The notes under the pieces are model-generated. The model was given only the letters and a program-made list of their open reading frames with translations, was not told the origin of the DNA and made no database searches. 64,000 bases of DNA, taken from NCBI RefSeq assembly GCF_963921235.1, contig NC_086108.1, forward strand, positions 18,476,001 through 18,540,000, written 5' to 3'. Below, in pieces: positions 51,546-64,000 of this stretch (position 1 is the stretch's first letter; each line of letters opens with the position of its first letter). The translations under genes were made by a program, and so were the position numbers. The stretch comes from Mobula hypostoma. Its lineage: Eukaryota.

Positions 51546-52068
51546 GGAAATAACCGATAAATTGGTTGAATTGCAGCTAAAATGGGGATGAGATACAAGA
51601 AATAGAGAGGGTAAACTTTGTGCAGAGAAACAAAACATGTCCTTTCCATACTGTACAACAACAACCCTTTTGGATCTCAGGGTCCATATCATCACCTATC
51701 TATACTCATTGTACATTAATCCCATTCTCCCCTTATTCCCATTCACTACCTGCGGATTCTATCAGTCACTGGGGGAAATTACAGCAGATGACTAACCTAC
51801 CAATCTGGATGCCTTTGGGATGGGGAAGGAAACCAGAGTAAACTCACCAGCATGCCAACACCATGACAACTGCAGTCAAGGTCAGGACTGGGTCTCTAGC
51901 GTTGCAAAGCTGCACCTCTTCTAGCTGTGCCGAAGTTCCAGTAGAAAGGAAATCTGTAGCTACTACTCTGAAACACTAAGATTCTCCTAGCTGTGTCTTA
52001 ATACACCTTTCAGATGTCGGTACTTTGGAGAAATGCTCATGCACTTCTCTGTATTAAAATCTATCTGT

Positions 52069-52972
52069 CTATAAATGTAGTTGATCTATATCCCACTGCA
52101 GTCTTTGATAGTCCTTAACACTGCCCACAGCTCCACTAATCTCAGTATCATCCTCAAACTTGCTCATCCACCCATCTACATTTTCATCCAAATCATTGAT
52201 CACTTTCAACTTGATCCTGCCCACTTTCAATGACTGGTGTATAATGACACCCAGGTCTCGTTGCACCTCCCCTTTTCCTGATCGGCCACCATTCAGATAA
52301 TAATCTGTTTTCCTATTTTTGCCACCAAAGTGGAGAACTTCACATTTATCCACATTAAATTGCATCTGCCATGAATTTGCCCACTCACCCAACCTATACA
52401 AGTCACCCTGCATCCTCTTAGCATCCTCCTCACAGCTAACACTGCCGCCCAGCTTCGTGTCATCCGCAAACTTGGAGATGCTGCATTTAATTCCCTCATC
52501 CAAGTCATTAATATATATTGTAAACAACTGGGGTTCCAGCACTGAACCTTGCGGTACCCCACGAGTCACTGCCTGCCATTCTGAAAAGGTCCCGTTTATC
52601 CCCACTCTTTGCTTCCTGTCTGCTAACCAATTCTCTATCCACATCAATACCTTACCCCCAATACCATGTGCTTTAAGTTTGCACACTAATCTCCTGTGTG
52701 GGACCTTGTCAAAAGCCTTTTGAAAATCCAAATATACCACATCCACTGGTTCTCCCCTATCCACTCTACTAGTTACATTCTCAAAAAATTCTATGAGATT
52801 CGTCAGACATGATTTTTCTTTCACAAATCCATGCTGACTTTGTCCGATGATTTCACCGCTTTCCAAATGTGCTGTTATCACATCTTTGATAACTGACTCC
52901 AGCAGTTTCCCCACCACCGACATTAGGCTAACCGGTCTATAATTCCCCGGTTTCTCTCTCCCTCCTTTTTTA
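52069..52972 (-). mobile_element. CR1 RT internal fragment with an open frame, fused to an older CR1 piece
   Basis: 303-aa [32 protein letters not shown], then a second INDLDE..KFEDDTE segment. Confidence 0.9.
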
Positions 52973-53964
52973 ATGTTCAAAGTTCAAAGAACATTTATTA
53001 TCAAAGTATGTATAATATATACAACCTTGAGATTCGTCTCCTTACAGGCAGCCATAACACAAAGAAACACAACAAAACCCATTTAAAAAGAGAATGCTAA
53101 AAACCCCATTGTGTAGAAAACAAATCATGCAAACAATAAGTGTAAGCAAATAACGTTCAGAACAGAAGTTCACTAAAGTGAGTCGAGAGCCAGAAAGCCA
53201 GTCATCACTGCAGCCGATCTGAGACCAATTATCTGCAGGACACAGCCTCAGTTCAGTGCAGAGATGAGTAAACCTCGCAGAGCAGTCAGCTGAACCAAGC
53301 CATCCCTCACCTCCAGCCCTGACACCCTGGCCTTTTCATTCTGACCCGGGCCCTGCTACTTAGACATACTCTCAGGACTGGGTCTTGCCACTTCTATTTG
53401 GCCATACCCAACTTTTCCAATTTGGCCCAGCACTTAAATCAATCAAACTTCGGGTCTTTCTCATTGTCGGGCCTGGGTCACGGCCCAGCCACCTCAACTC
53501 TGCCTCAACTCCACTCACCTTGCCTCAATTCTTCTGCATTGAATCACCTTCAAGTCCACTCCAGAAATGGCCAAACATTGGCTCATTCCCTACTTTCAGG
53601 CACGGGTCCCACCGTCTCAGCTCTGCCCATACCTGCCACACCACAACTGTCCTGCACCTTCAAGACTTCAGGTGGTGCAGGGGATACAAAACCTCAACTC
53701 TGAAAGGGCAGTTACAGGCTCTATTGATTGCAGTGATTAATACAATCATTTGTAGTTTTATTTGTTTTGATTGCTACCAGTTATTTGTTGCTGCACCTCA
53801 CCAGCGCCATCTTAAACAGAAACGTGTGCCATGACCAGCGCTTCAAAGCACTTCATGATGGTGAATGTCAGAACTACCAGCTGATTGTTATTAAGGCACT
53901 TTACTGTGTTATTCTTCGGTACTTGAATGATAGTGATCCTCTTAAAGACGTCAGATAAGTCCTC

Positions 53965-55488
53965 GGGGCCAGGCTGCTCCACGAGGTGAGGGAAGAGATT
54001 GCTGAGCCTCTGGCTAGGATCTTTATGTCCTCGTTGTCCACAGGAATGGTATTGGAGGATTGGAGGGAGGCAAATGTAGTCCCCTTCTTCAAAAAAGGTA
54101 GTAGGGATAGTCCAGGTAACTATAGACCAGTGAGCCTTACATCTGTGGTGGGAAAGCTGTTGGAAAAGATTCTTAGAGATAGGATCAATGGGCATTTAGA
54201 GAATTATGGTCTGATCAGGGACAGTCAGCATGGCTTTGTGAAGGGCAGATCATGTCTAACAAGCCTGACAGAACTCTTTGAGGAGGTGACCAGGCATATA
54301 GATGAGGGTAGTGCCGTGGATGTGATCTACATGGCTTTTAGTAAGGCATTTGACAAGGTTCCACACTGTAGGCTTATTCAGAAAGTCAGACGGCGTGGGA
54401 TCCGGGGGGGAGTTTGGCCGGGTGGATTCAGAATTGGCTTGCCTGCAGAAAGCAGAGGGTCATGGTGGAGGGAGTACATTCAGATTGGAGGGTTGTGACT
54501 AGTGGTGTCCCACAAGGATCGGTTCTGGGACCTCTACTTTTCGTGATTTTTATTAACGACCTAGATGTGGGGGTAGAAGGGTAGGTTGGCAAGTTTGCAG
54601 ACGACACAAAGGTTGGTGGTGTTCTGGAAAGTGTAGAGGATTGTCAAAGATTTCAGAGAGACATTGATAGGTTGCAGAAGTGGGCTGAGAAGTGGCAGAT
54701 GGAGTTCAAACCGGAGAAGTGTGAGGTAGTACACTTTGGAACGACAAGCTCCAAGGCAGAGTACAAAGTAAATGACAGGATACATGGTAGTGTGGAGGAG
54801 CAGAGGGATCTGGGGGTACATGTTCATAGATCCCTGAAAGTTGCCTCACAGGTAGATAGGGTAGTCAAGAAAGCTTATGGGTGTTAGCTTTCATAAGTCG
54901 AGGAATAGAGTTTAAGAGTCGCGAGGTAATTTTGCAGCTCTGTAAAACTCTGGTTAGGCCACACTTGGAGTAGTGTCCATTCCTGGTCACCTCACTATAG
55001 GAAGGATGTGGAAGCATTGGAAAGGGTACAGAGGAGATTTACCAGGATGCTGCCCGGTTTAGAGAGTATGCATTATGATCAGAGATTAAGGGAGCTAGGG
55101 CTTTACTCTTTGGAGAGAAGGAGGATGAGAGGAGACATGACAGAGGTATACAAGATATTAAGAGGAATAGATAAAGTGGACAGCCAGTGCCTCTTCCCCA
55201 GGGCACCACTGGTCAATACAAGAGGACATGGTTTTAAGGTAAGGGGTGGGAGGTTCAAGGGGGATATTAGAGGATTGTTTTTTACTCAGAGAGTGGTTGG
55301 TGCGTTGAATGCACTGCCTGAGTCAGTGGTGGAGGCAGATACACTAGTGAAATTTAAGAGACTACTTGACAGGTAAATGGAGGAATTTAAGGTGGGGCTT
55401 TATATGGGAGGCAGGGTTTAAGGGTGGGCACAACATTGTGGGCTGAAGGGTCTGTACTGTGCTGTATTATTCTATGTTCTATGTTCTA
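53965..55488 (+). mobile_element. 5'-truncated CR1, same family as 6688-11760, inserted in a Rex1-type fragment
   Basis: RT ORF fragments; TTCTATG tail; minus-strand Rex1-like sequence on both sides (about 53820-53960 and 55490-55850). Confidence 0.92.
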
Positions 55489-56559
55489 TTAAAGTAGGCT
55501 GAAGCAGGAGAAGGTTAAAAATGTCTACAAATATTCCAACCAGCTGATGTGCATAGAATGTAAGGACATGGCCAGGGACACTCTCTGGGCCAGTTGCTTT
55601 CTGCAAGTTCACTCCCTTAAGACTGATCCTATGTCCATGATGATGACTGTGGGTTCAGATGTTTTGGATGTTGTCAGGGTGGCTGGTGATACACCAATGC
55701 CCCTCTCCCCAAAGCATATACACAATGTGCTAAGTTCATCGGGAAGTGATGGACTGTTGTCAATAATGCTGCCTGATTTATTTTTGTATCCTATTTTAGC
55801 ATGTAAGCCCTGCCACAACTAAGAGCTGGACTGGGACTTGATTTTTGGCTGATACTGTCTCTTGGAACTGTAAGACCAGACAGTCAGCGCCTGGGTTTTA
55901 TTGAGTGACCTCTCACTGGTGCTCCTATCTTCTCACATTTCAGGATGCCAAATTGCTGTAAGCTACACACCTTCAGCTCTGAGGGAAAGACAACTGACAG
56001 GAACATAGTCATCATTCATGTCTCAGCAATTCAAAAAATCTTATTACTTCACTGTTTCAAGCTGATCGAGTTTGATTGTCGTGCTTTGTGAATTGGAATC
56101 ATTTTTAGAGCACTCCATTCCATGTTTTATGTGTTTCTGGTATCTGGTTACATCTTTTTTTTAATTGTTATTTTGTGTTATTTTGATCGAGGCAGACTGA
56201 CTCTGTGGCCTGCTGTCAACGAATAAGACAGTGCTTAGTTGAACTGAACTGAAGTGAACATTTCTAGACTGTTTCAAGGACTCTGGGGTTTGATGCTTAA
56301 TATTCTGTGTGTTATTCACTCAATTTTTGATGTTTGTGTGATTTGTTCTTTTTTTGTGAGTGTTGGATGTTTGATGTTTTCGTTTTGGTGTTTCTTTACT
56401 TTGTGGCTGCTGGTGGGAGGACGAACCTCAGGGTTGTACCCTGCATACATAGTTTGATAATTAATGTACTGTAAACCTTTGATGTCCATGTTAGCAGAAA
56501 CATCTCTAGATTCATCATGCTGAGCAGCAGTGACCCAGTACCAGCAATGCTGCTCACAT

Positions 56560-57000
56560 AATTGACGCATGGCTGCACTGCTAGATCCTGCTCAAACCAA
56601 ATCATTAACGCAGTGGCTGGCCTCATCAACAATGAACATGAAACTGCATGCAGAGAGGAAGTAGAGCATCTGGTAGAATGGTGTGAGCACAACAGCATGA
56701 GTCTCAATGTGGACAAGACTAAAGAGATGTTTGTGGACTTTCAGAGGGTGCAAGCTGGACACTTCACTGCACATAAAAAGCACCTCTGTGGAGGAAGATA
56801 GGAGCACCAAGTTTCTGAGAGTGCACATAACAGACTATCTATCTGCTCCCTCAACACCACACCTTTAGGCATAACAGCGCCTTCACTTCCTGAGCAGATT
56901 AAATTGAGCAAGGCTTAACCGTGCCCCCCCCCGCACGATTCTAACCAATTTTTACAGGAGCACCATTGAGAGTGTCCTGACCAGCTGCATCACCATTTTA
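56560..57000 (+). mobile_element. Rex1/Babar-type fragment
   Basis: EEVEHLVEWCEHNSMSLNVDKTKEMFVDF. Confidence 0.75.
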
Positions 57001-57624
57001 GATTATGAGAGCACTCAGTCCTCCTTTATTGTCATTTAGAAATGCATACATGCATTAAGAAATGATACAATGTTCCTCCAGAGTGATATCACAGAAAAAC
57101 AGGACAAACTAAAGACTAACGCTGTCAGAACCACATAATTATAACATCTCAAAGTCCCGAGTCAATCGACTCCCGAGTCCCCGATAGCAAGCGGCAAAGG
57201 GAGAAACTCCCTGCCATAAACCTCCAGGCACCGACAACTGCCGATGCATTGGAAGCACCCGACCACAGCCGACACTGAGTCCGTCCATCCAAAAACTTCG
57301 AGCCTCCGACTAGCCCCTCTGATACAGCCTTCCAAGCGCCATCGTCTGCCAAGCGCCTTCTACCTCGCCCGGCCGCCAAAACAAGCAAAGCCGAGGATTA
57401 GGGACCTTCTCCTCCAGAGATTCCGGACCTCACAGTAACAGTGGCAGCAAAGCGGGCATTTCAGAAGTTTCTGTCACGTACTCTCATGTCTGTCTCCATC
57501 AAATCAGAATTGTGCACGGTCCCCAACTTGACAAATAACAGACATCACCACCGAAGTGGCCGCGCGCGCTGCATCACGCCGCCATCTCCTCCTCCATTTG
57601 GCACAGGAATTGCAAGGCATCTGA

Positions 57625-58370
57625 CCATAAGACCCTATAAAGAATTGTGAGGATTGCTGAGAGGGTTCTTTTAAGCCCACTCCAAGATAAACCTTCCCTC
57701 CCATATAGCTCTCTGTTTTCTTTCATCCATTTGTCTATCTAAATGTCTATCTTAAATGTTGCTAATGTATCCACTTCTATTGCCACCCCTGGCAGGGGGC
57801 GCATCTACAACTCTCTGTGTAAAATCCCCCCACACCTTCCTCCAAATATCTTAAAATTATGCCTTATCATATTAGCTACTTCTGCCCTCAGAAAGAGTGG
57901 CTGGCTGTCCACTCTGTTTATGTCTGTTATCATTTAATACACCTCTACCATTATCTCTTGCACTTCTTCACTCCAAAAAGAAAAGCCCTAGCTTACTCAA
58001 ACCGTCCTCATAAGGCATGCTCCTCATCAAGGCAGCTTGCTGGTAAATCTCCTCTGTACCCTCTCTAAAACTTCCACATCCTTCCTATAATGATGTGAAC
58101 AGAACCGAACACAATGTGGTCTAACCAGGGTTTTATAGAGCTGCAACATTACCTTGTGGCTCTTTAACTCGATCCTCCAAGTATAGTAACGAGGATCAGC
58201 GCAACTTTTTAACCTTACAATCAAACAGCGTCACAGCTTTGAAGGATCTATGGACGTGGACCCCAAGATCCCTCTATTCCTCTCCACTGCTAAGAATCCT
58301 GACATGAACACTGTACTCTGCCTTCAAGTTCGACCTTCCAAAGTGTATCACTTCACACTTTTCTGGATCC
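57625..58370 (-). mobile_element. Old CR1 3' fragment
   Basis: LYKTLVRPH..ERVQRRFT. Confidence 0.8.
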
Positions 58371-58754
58371 AACTTACCCCACACTGACTGATGGGCAATG
58401 AAGCCAGTATTAACTCAATTGATTTCACCTCTCCATCACATCCACAGAAGCCAAATTAAGCAATCAGCTGGTTCCCTAGCCAAGTTCACCAGACTCAGCA
58501 TGGACCACCTATTGGCTCTGGCAGATTCTAGGCTTGCTCAGCCATTGAACTTGAATTCCTCCTCAGGAGTGCAGTAAACAGAATTTCCATGTATCCTAGA
58601 AGACCCAACTGCCATAAGAACTATGAACAGTCTAAAGATCAGAAGAATCGTGAAGAATATATCCTGGCTGTAATAGCTCGCAGCTTGAATGTGATACTAT
58701 TGCTCTTCAAGTTGCAGTATCCTTTCCCATGGCTTTATATGCTTTTAGTTAAAT

Positions 58755-59152
58755 GACCATAAGACCATAAGACAAAGGAGCAGAAGTAGGCCATTCGGCC
58801 CATCGAGTCTGCTCCGCCATTTTATCATGAGCTGATCCATTTTATCCTATTTAGTCCCACTGCCCCGCCTTCTCACCATAACCTTTGATGCCCTGGCTAC
58901 TCAGATACCTATCAATCTCTGCCTTAAAGACACCCAATGACTTGGCCTCCACTGCTGCCCGTGGCAACAAATTCCATAGATTCACCACTCTCTGACTAAA
59001 AAAATTTTTTCGCATTTCTGTTCTGAAAGGGCGCCCTTCAATCCTGAAGTCATGCCCTCTCGTACTAGACTCCCCCATCATGGGAAACAACTTTGCCACA
59101 TCCACTCTGTCCATGCCTTTTAACATTCGAAATGTTTCTATGAGGTCTCCCC
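58755..59152 (-). mobile_element. CR1 3' fragment
   Basis: RGDLIETFRMLKG..FFSQRVVNLWN; (GACCATAA)n tail. Confidence 0.9.
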
Positions 59153-59429
59153 TCTGTAGTATATATACTACAGTATATAGTATATATATAGCTGTAGTAT
59201 ATATACATAACATTTTCCTTTGCTCCTTCTTCAGGGATTATTTGCTTCCGATCTCTTATGCTTCTTCAGTTTGTTTAGCTCCAAGTGCTTATCATTGCTG
59301 ACACCATTTGATGGCATCTTGTGGCGCTGACAAGAGAACAGAAATCTTCCTGTGGCTATTTTCCTATCTGCTCCAATGAATAATAAACAGAGCAATGGCT
59401 CTAATGGCTCTAAGGCTGCAGACTCAGCC

Positions 59430-59905
59430 CCCTGCTCTACTTCCTATGCACTCAACTGCCTGACTAAATTCTATTCTAACTCCATGCTTAAGTTTGCAGA
59501 TGACTCAGCTGATGTGGGCTAAATGACAAATAAGGGGGAGTCAGAGTACAGGAAGGAAATAGAGAGCCCAGTGACATGGTTTCATGACAACAACCTTTCC
59601 CTCAGTGTCAGTAAAACAAAAGAGCTGGTCATTGACTTCAGGAAGTAGGGCTTGCAAAAGGTCCTGTTTTTACCAATGTGCTGAGATGGAATTAGTTGAG
59701 AGCTTCAAGCATCTAGGTGTAAGTTTCTCCAACAAAATATCCTGGCCCAACTACGTAGACGACATGGCCAAGAATGTTTACCCAACACCTCTGCTTCATG
59801 TCTGCCTGAGACTGCAAGAAAATGCAGAACTGTGGATATAGCTTGGCACACCATGAAGACCAACCTCTTCTCTATGAACTCTGTCTACTCCTCACTGCCT
59901 CAGGA
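59430..59905 (+). mobile_element. Degenerate Rex1/Babar-type fragment
   Basis: KFADD, LSVSKTKELVIDFRK and VESFKHLG remnants. Confidence 0.7.
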
Positions 59906-60105
59906 AAGCAGAAACAGACTCATGACTGCTTTGAGTCAGTAGACAGGTTCAAAGAATGCTCAAAGACTCAGCTTCTAGCCTAGATGAATATGTTACCTCC
60001 ATCACACACTTTATCAGCAAGTATGTGGACCTAAGAGGACAATACAGGTGCTCCAAAACCGGAAACCATGGATGAAACAGGAGATCCATTCCCTGAAGAA
60101 GTCTA

Positions 60106-60172
60106 CGGTACTGTGCAAAAGTCTTAGGCACAGATACATAGCTAGAGTGCCTAAGACTTTTACACAATACTG
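60106..60172. mobile_element. Tc1-type MITE (almost entirely TIR)
   Basis: CGGTACTGTGCAAAAGTCTTAGGCAC / GTGCCTAAGACTTTTACACAATACTG flanked by TA. Confidence 0.85.
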
Positions 60173-60442
60173 TAGTAATTTTATGTATTGCACTGTACTG
60201 CTGCTAATACAAAAAAAATTTCATGACATATGTGAGTGATTCTGATATGGGTTTTTATTGTGGACCAAAAGTGGAAGGGAGAGGTGAATCCTGGTTGGGA
60301 AAAGGGGAAGGGAAAGAGGAGGGAGCAGGAAACACCAGAAAGACATTCTGCAATGATCAATAAACCAATTGCTTGCAATCAATTGCCTGGTGTCTCAGAG
60401 ATGGGTGTGTCTGCACCCATGCCATCTACTGCCACTGGCACT

Positions 60443-60702
60443 CCTTCTCTCCCACCTGCCCCACAGCCCTCCTGCAGCACTTCACCCTCACTATTCCCAA
60501 CATCCTTCTCTCCCACCTGCCCCACAGCCCTCCTGCAGCACTTCACCCTCACTATTCCCAACATCCTTCTCTCCCACCTGCCCCACAGCCCTCCTGCAGC
60601 ACTTCACCCTCACTATTCCCAACATCCTTCTTCTCTCCCACCTGCCCCACAGCCCTCCTGCAGCACTTCACCCTCACTATTCCCAACATCCTTCTCTCCC
60701 AC
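60443..60702. repeat. 61-bp minisatellite, about 4 near-identical copies
   Basis: CCACAGCCC at 60461, 60522, 60583 and 60647. Confidence 0.95.
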
Positions 60703-60740
60703 CAGACTTAAACTCAGTGTCCACTCCATGTTGCCAAATA

Positions 60741-60806
60741 CAGTACTGTGAAAAAGTCTTAGGCAACCCAACTAGATATATGTGGCTAAGACTTTTACAC
60801 AGTTCA
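60741..60806. mobile_element. Second copy of the Tc1-type MITE
   Basis: CAGTACTGTGAAAAAGTCTTAGGCA..CTAAGACTTTTACACAGT. Confidence 0.75.
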
Positions 60807-61149
60807 CTAGGTTTGTAATATTCAAATCAGGTTACATGAAATTTAGATACAACCTCTATAAGGCTATCAGAGACAGTATCAGGCAGTGAGAGGCCATGGA
60901 GTAAAGTCTCCCTGCTCACTGGTGCTGATTCTGCCCATGATAAAATCCCAGCATATGAATCTTTATTCAACTGCTCAGAAAGGTCAGTGCAAATGGAAGA
61001 AAGTTTTTGTGTCAACCATAAACAAATTTATCAATTTAAAAGCAATTCACCAATTTACATTAACCCTCAATCTTTTCATTAACTATTTCCTCACTCAGCT
61101 CCTATCCTACATTGACTGATTCAGAACCACAGACGTGGCAATGCTTACC

Positions 61150-61815
61150 CAGACGTCCCACCCTGCAAAAACTCATTTCAGGGAGGTAGCATCAATTTGC
61201 GGGAGACTTCCGGGAGAGGTGGGATGTCTGCAATAGAGTAGCTTGTTAGCAGCTGGCCAGCTAGTTTAAATAATGTTAGCTATGCTAATGAACGAATGAC
61301 ACCTGTTAAACTCACCTCAATACGTCTTTTACAGTCTTAACCCACCATGGGCAATAGAAAAGTCATTGGTGCAAACAGTGCTGCGAGCAACACTGTCATT
61401 ATTTTGACCTCTATTAGGCAGGGATACACTTTAGTGTAGTCTGGGGTGATGTAAGTTTTATATTTTTTTGGAACACTCTGCCATGGCGCGCTCTTGCTCG
61501 CGCTCTCTCTCTCTCTCTCTCGTGGTCGCTCGCGGGCTCTCAAGCACTCTCGCTTGCTTTCTCTCTCTCTCTCTCGCTTGCTCTCTCTCTCACCCGCTCT
61601 CTCTCTCGCTCGAGTGCTCTCGCTTGCTTTCACTCTTGCTCGCGCGTTCTCTCTCGCTCTCTCGCTTGTTTGCTCGCTCTCGCGCTCTCTCTTGCTTCTC
61701 TCGTTCGCTGTCAAAAAATTGATTTCTGTGATATGGTATATAATTTGCGGGCATCAGGGAGCCACTATTAATATGCGGGAGACTCCCGGAACTTCCGGGA
61801 GAGGTGGGATGTCTG
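61150..61815. mobile_element. Non-autonomous TIR element with 6-bp TSD
   Basis: TIR CAGAC(G/A)TCCCACC; TSD CTTACC (61144-61149 and 61816-61821); internal CT/CG-rich low-complexity tract at about 61485-61710. Confidence 0.8.
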
Positions 61816-61824
61816 CTTACCTTA

Positions 61825-64000
61825 TAGACAATAGACAATAGACAATAGGTGCAGAAGTAGACCATTTGGCCCTTCAAGCCTGCACCGCCATTCTGAGATC
61901 ATGGCTGATCATCTACTATCAGTACCCGGTTCCTGCCTTGTCCACATAACCCTTGATTCCCCTATCCATAAGATAGCTATCTAGCTCCTTCTTGAAAGCA
62001 TCCAGAGAATTGGCCTCCACTGCCTTCTGAATCAGCGTGTTCCACACCTCCACAACTCTTTGGGAGAAGAAGTTCCTCCTCAACTCTGTCCTAAATGACC
62101 TACCCCTTATTCTTAAACCATGCTCTCTGGTACTGGACTCTCCTAGCATCTGGATCATATTTCCTGCCTCTATCTTGTCCAATCCCTTAATAATCTTATA
62201 TGTCTCAATCAGATCCCCCCTCAATCTCCTTAATTCCAGCGTGTACAAGCCCAGTCTCTCTAACCTCTTTGTGTAAGACAGTCCGGACATCCCAGGAATT
62301 AACCTAGTGAACCTACGCTGCACCTCCTCCACAGCCAGGATGTCCTTCCTTAAGCCTGGAGACCAAAACTGCACACAATACTCCAGGTGTGGTCTCACCA
62401 GGGCCCTGTACAAATGCAAAAGGATTTCCTTGCTCTTGTACTCAATTCCCTTTGTAATAAAGGCCAACATTCCATTAGCCTTCTTCACTGCCTGTTGCAC
62501 TTGCTCATTCACCTTCAGAGACTGATGAACAAGTACTCCTGTATCTCTTTGTATTTCTCCCTTACCTAACTCCACACCATTCAGATAATAATCTGCCTTC
62601 CTGCTCTTGCTCCCAAAGTGAATAACCTCACACTTATTCACATTAAACGCCATCTGCCAAGTTTCTGCCCACTCACCCAGCCTATCCAAGTCACCTTGAA
62701 TTCTCCTAACATCCTCATCACATGTCACACTGCCACCCAGCTTAGTATCATCAGCAAACTTGCTGATGTTATTCACAATGCCTTCCTCTAAATCATTGAC
62801 ATAAATCGTAAACAGCTGGGGTCCCAATACGGAGCCCTGTGGCACCCCACTAGTCACCACCTGCCATTCCGAGAAACACCCATTCACTGCTACCCTTTGC
62901 TTTCTATCTGCCAACCAGTTTTCTATCCATGTCAATATCCTCCCCCCAATGCCATGAGCTCTGATTTTACCCACCAATCTCCTATGTGGAACCTTATCGA
63001 ATGCCTTCTGAAAGTCAAGGTACACCACATCCACTGGATCTCCCGCGTCTATCTTCCTGGTTACATCCTCGAAAAACTCCAATAGATTAGTCAAGCATGA
63101 TTTGCTCTTGGTAAATCCATGCTGGCTCGGCCCAATCCTATCACTGCTATCAAGATATGCCGCTATTTCATCTTTAATAATGGACTCTAGCATCTTCCCC
63201 ACTACTGATGTTCTCTGTTTTCTCCCTCCCTCCTTTCTTAAAAAGTGGGATAACATTAGCCAGTTGCCAATCCTCAGGAACTGATCCTGAATCTAAGGAA
63301 CATTGGAAAATGATCACCAATGCATCCGCAATTTCCAAAGCCACCTCCTTTAGTACCCTAGGATGCAGACCATCTGGACCTGGGGATTTGTTAGCCTTCA
63401 GTTCCATCAGTCTACTCATCGCCGTTTCCTTCCTAATGTCAATCTGTTTCAGTTCCTCTGTTACCCTATGTCCTTGGCCCATCCATACATCTGGGAGATT
63501 GCTTGTGTCTTCCCTAGTGAAGTCAGATCCAAAGTACTTATTAAATTCGTCTGCCATTTCTCTGTTTCCCATAACAATTTCTCCCAATTCATTCTTCGAG
63601 GGCCCAACATTGTTCTTAACTATCTTCCTTCTCTTCACATACCTAAAAAAACTTTTGCTATCCTCCTTTATATTCCTAGCTAGCTTGTGTTCATACCTCA
63701 TTTTTTCTCCCCGTATTGCCTTTTTAGTTAAGTTCTGTTGCTCCTTAAAAATTTCCCAATCATCCGTCTTCCCACTCACCTTAACTCTGTTATATTTCTT
63801 CTTTTTTAATGCTATGCCATCTCTGACTTCCTTTGTCAAACACTGTGGCCACTTTTCCCCCTTTGAATCCTTCCTTCTCTGGGGTATAAACTGATTTTTC
63901 ACCTTGTGCATTATTCCCAAGAATACCTGCCATTGCTGTTCCACTGTCTTTTCTGCTAGGATATCTGACCAGTCAACTTTGGCCAGCTCCTCCCTCATGG
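61825..64000 (-). mobile_element. Young CR1 LINE ORF2 (RT) with 3' tail, running off the right edge
   Basis: 274-aa and 445-aa overlapping ORFs with all RT motifs; (CAATAGA)n tail. Confidence 0.95.

Noticed and set aside
60236..60818. Overlapping ORFs in three frames
   Set aside because: Caused by a stop-free 61-bp minisatellite.
61337..61877. RE-rich and SL-rich ORFs
   Set aside because: Translation of a CT/GA low-complexity tract.
61919..63256. RT ORFs as a retron, DGR or other novel RT system
   Set aside because: Motifs, linked APE endonuclease in sibling copies and microsatellite tails are those of CR1 LINEs.

Overview
Repeat-saturated eukaryotic DNA, not prokaryotic. The repeat repertoire suggests a cartilaginous fish, probably a ray (inference). 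No intact host gene is recognisable. The window is a mosaic of nested transposons: many CR1 LINEs (one young copy at the right edge), Rex1/Babar-type and Tx1-like LINE fragments, and GIY-YIG Penelope-like elements (PLEs). It also holds hAT, pogo/Tigger and Tc1 DNA transposons and MITEs, three LTR-like inserts, tRNA-derived SINEs, a decayed endogenous retrovirus (pol and env remnants, minus strand, about 2.9-5.8 kb), and a ~12.9 kb array of a 23-bp CCCTAA-containing satellite. The most interesting hidden signal is a set of minimal type I hammerhead ribozyme motifs (CUGANGA...GAAA, palindromic ACGU stem III) in the PLE termini. Several of these PLEs carry inverted terminal arms and 14-15 bp target-site duplications (TSDs). 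Boundaries without a TSD are approximate and were read by eye.
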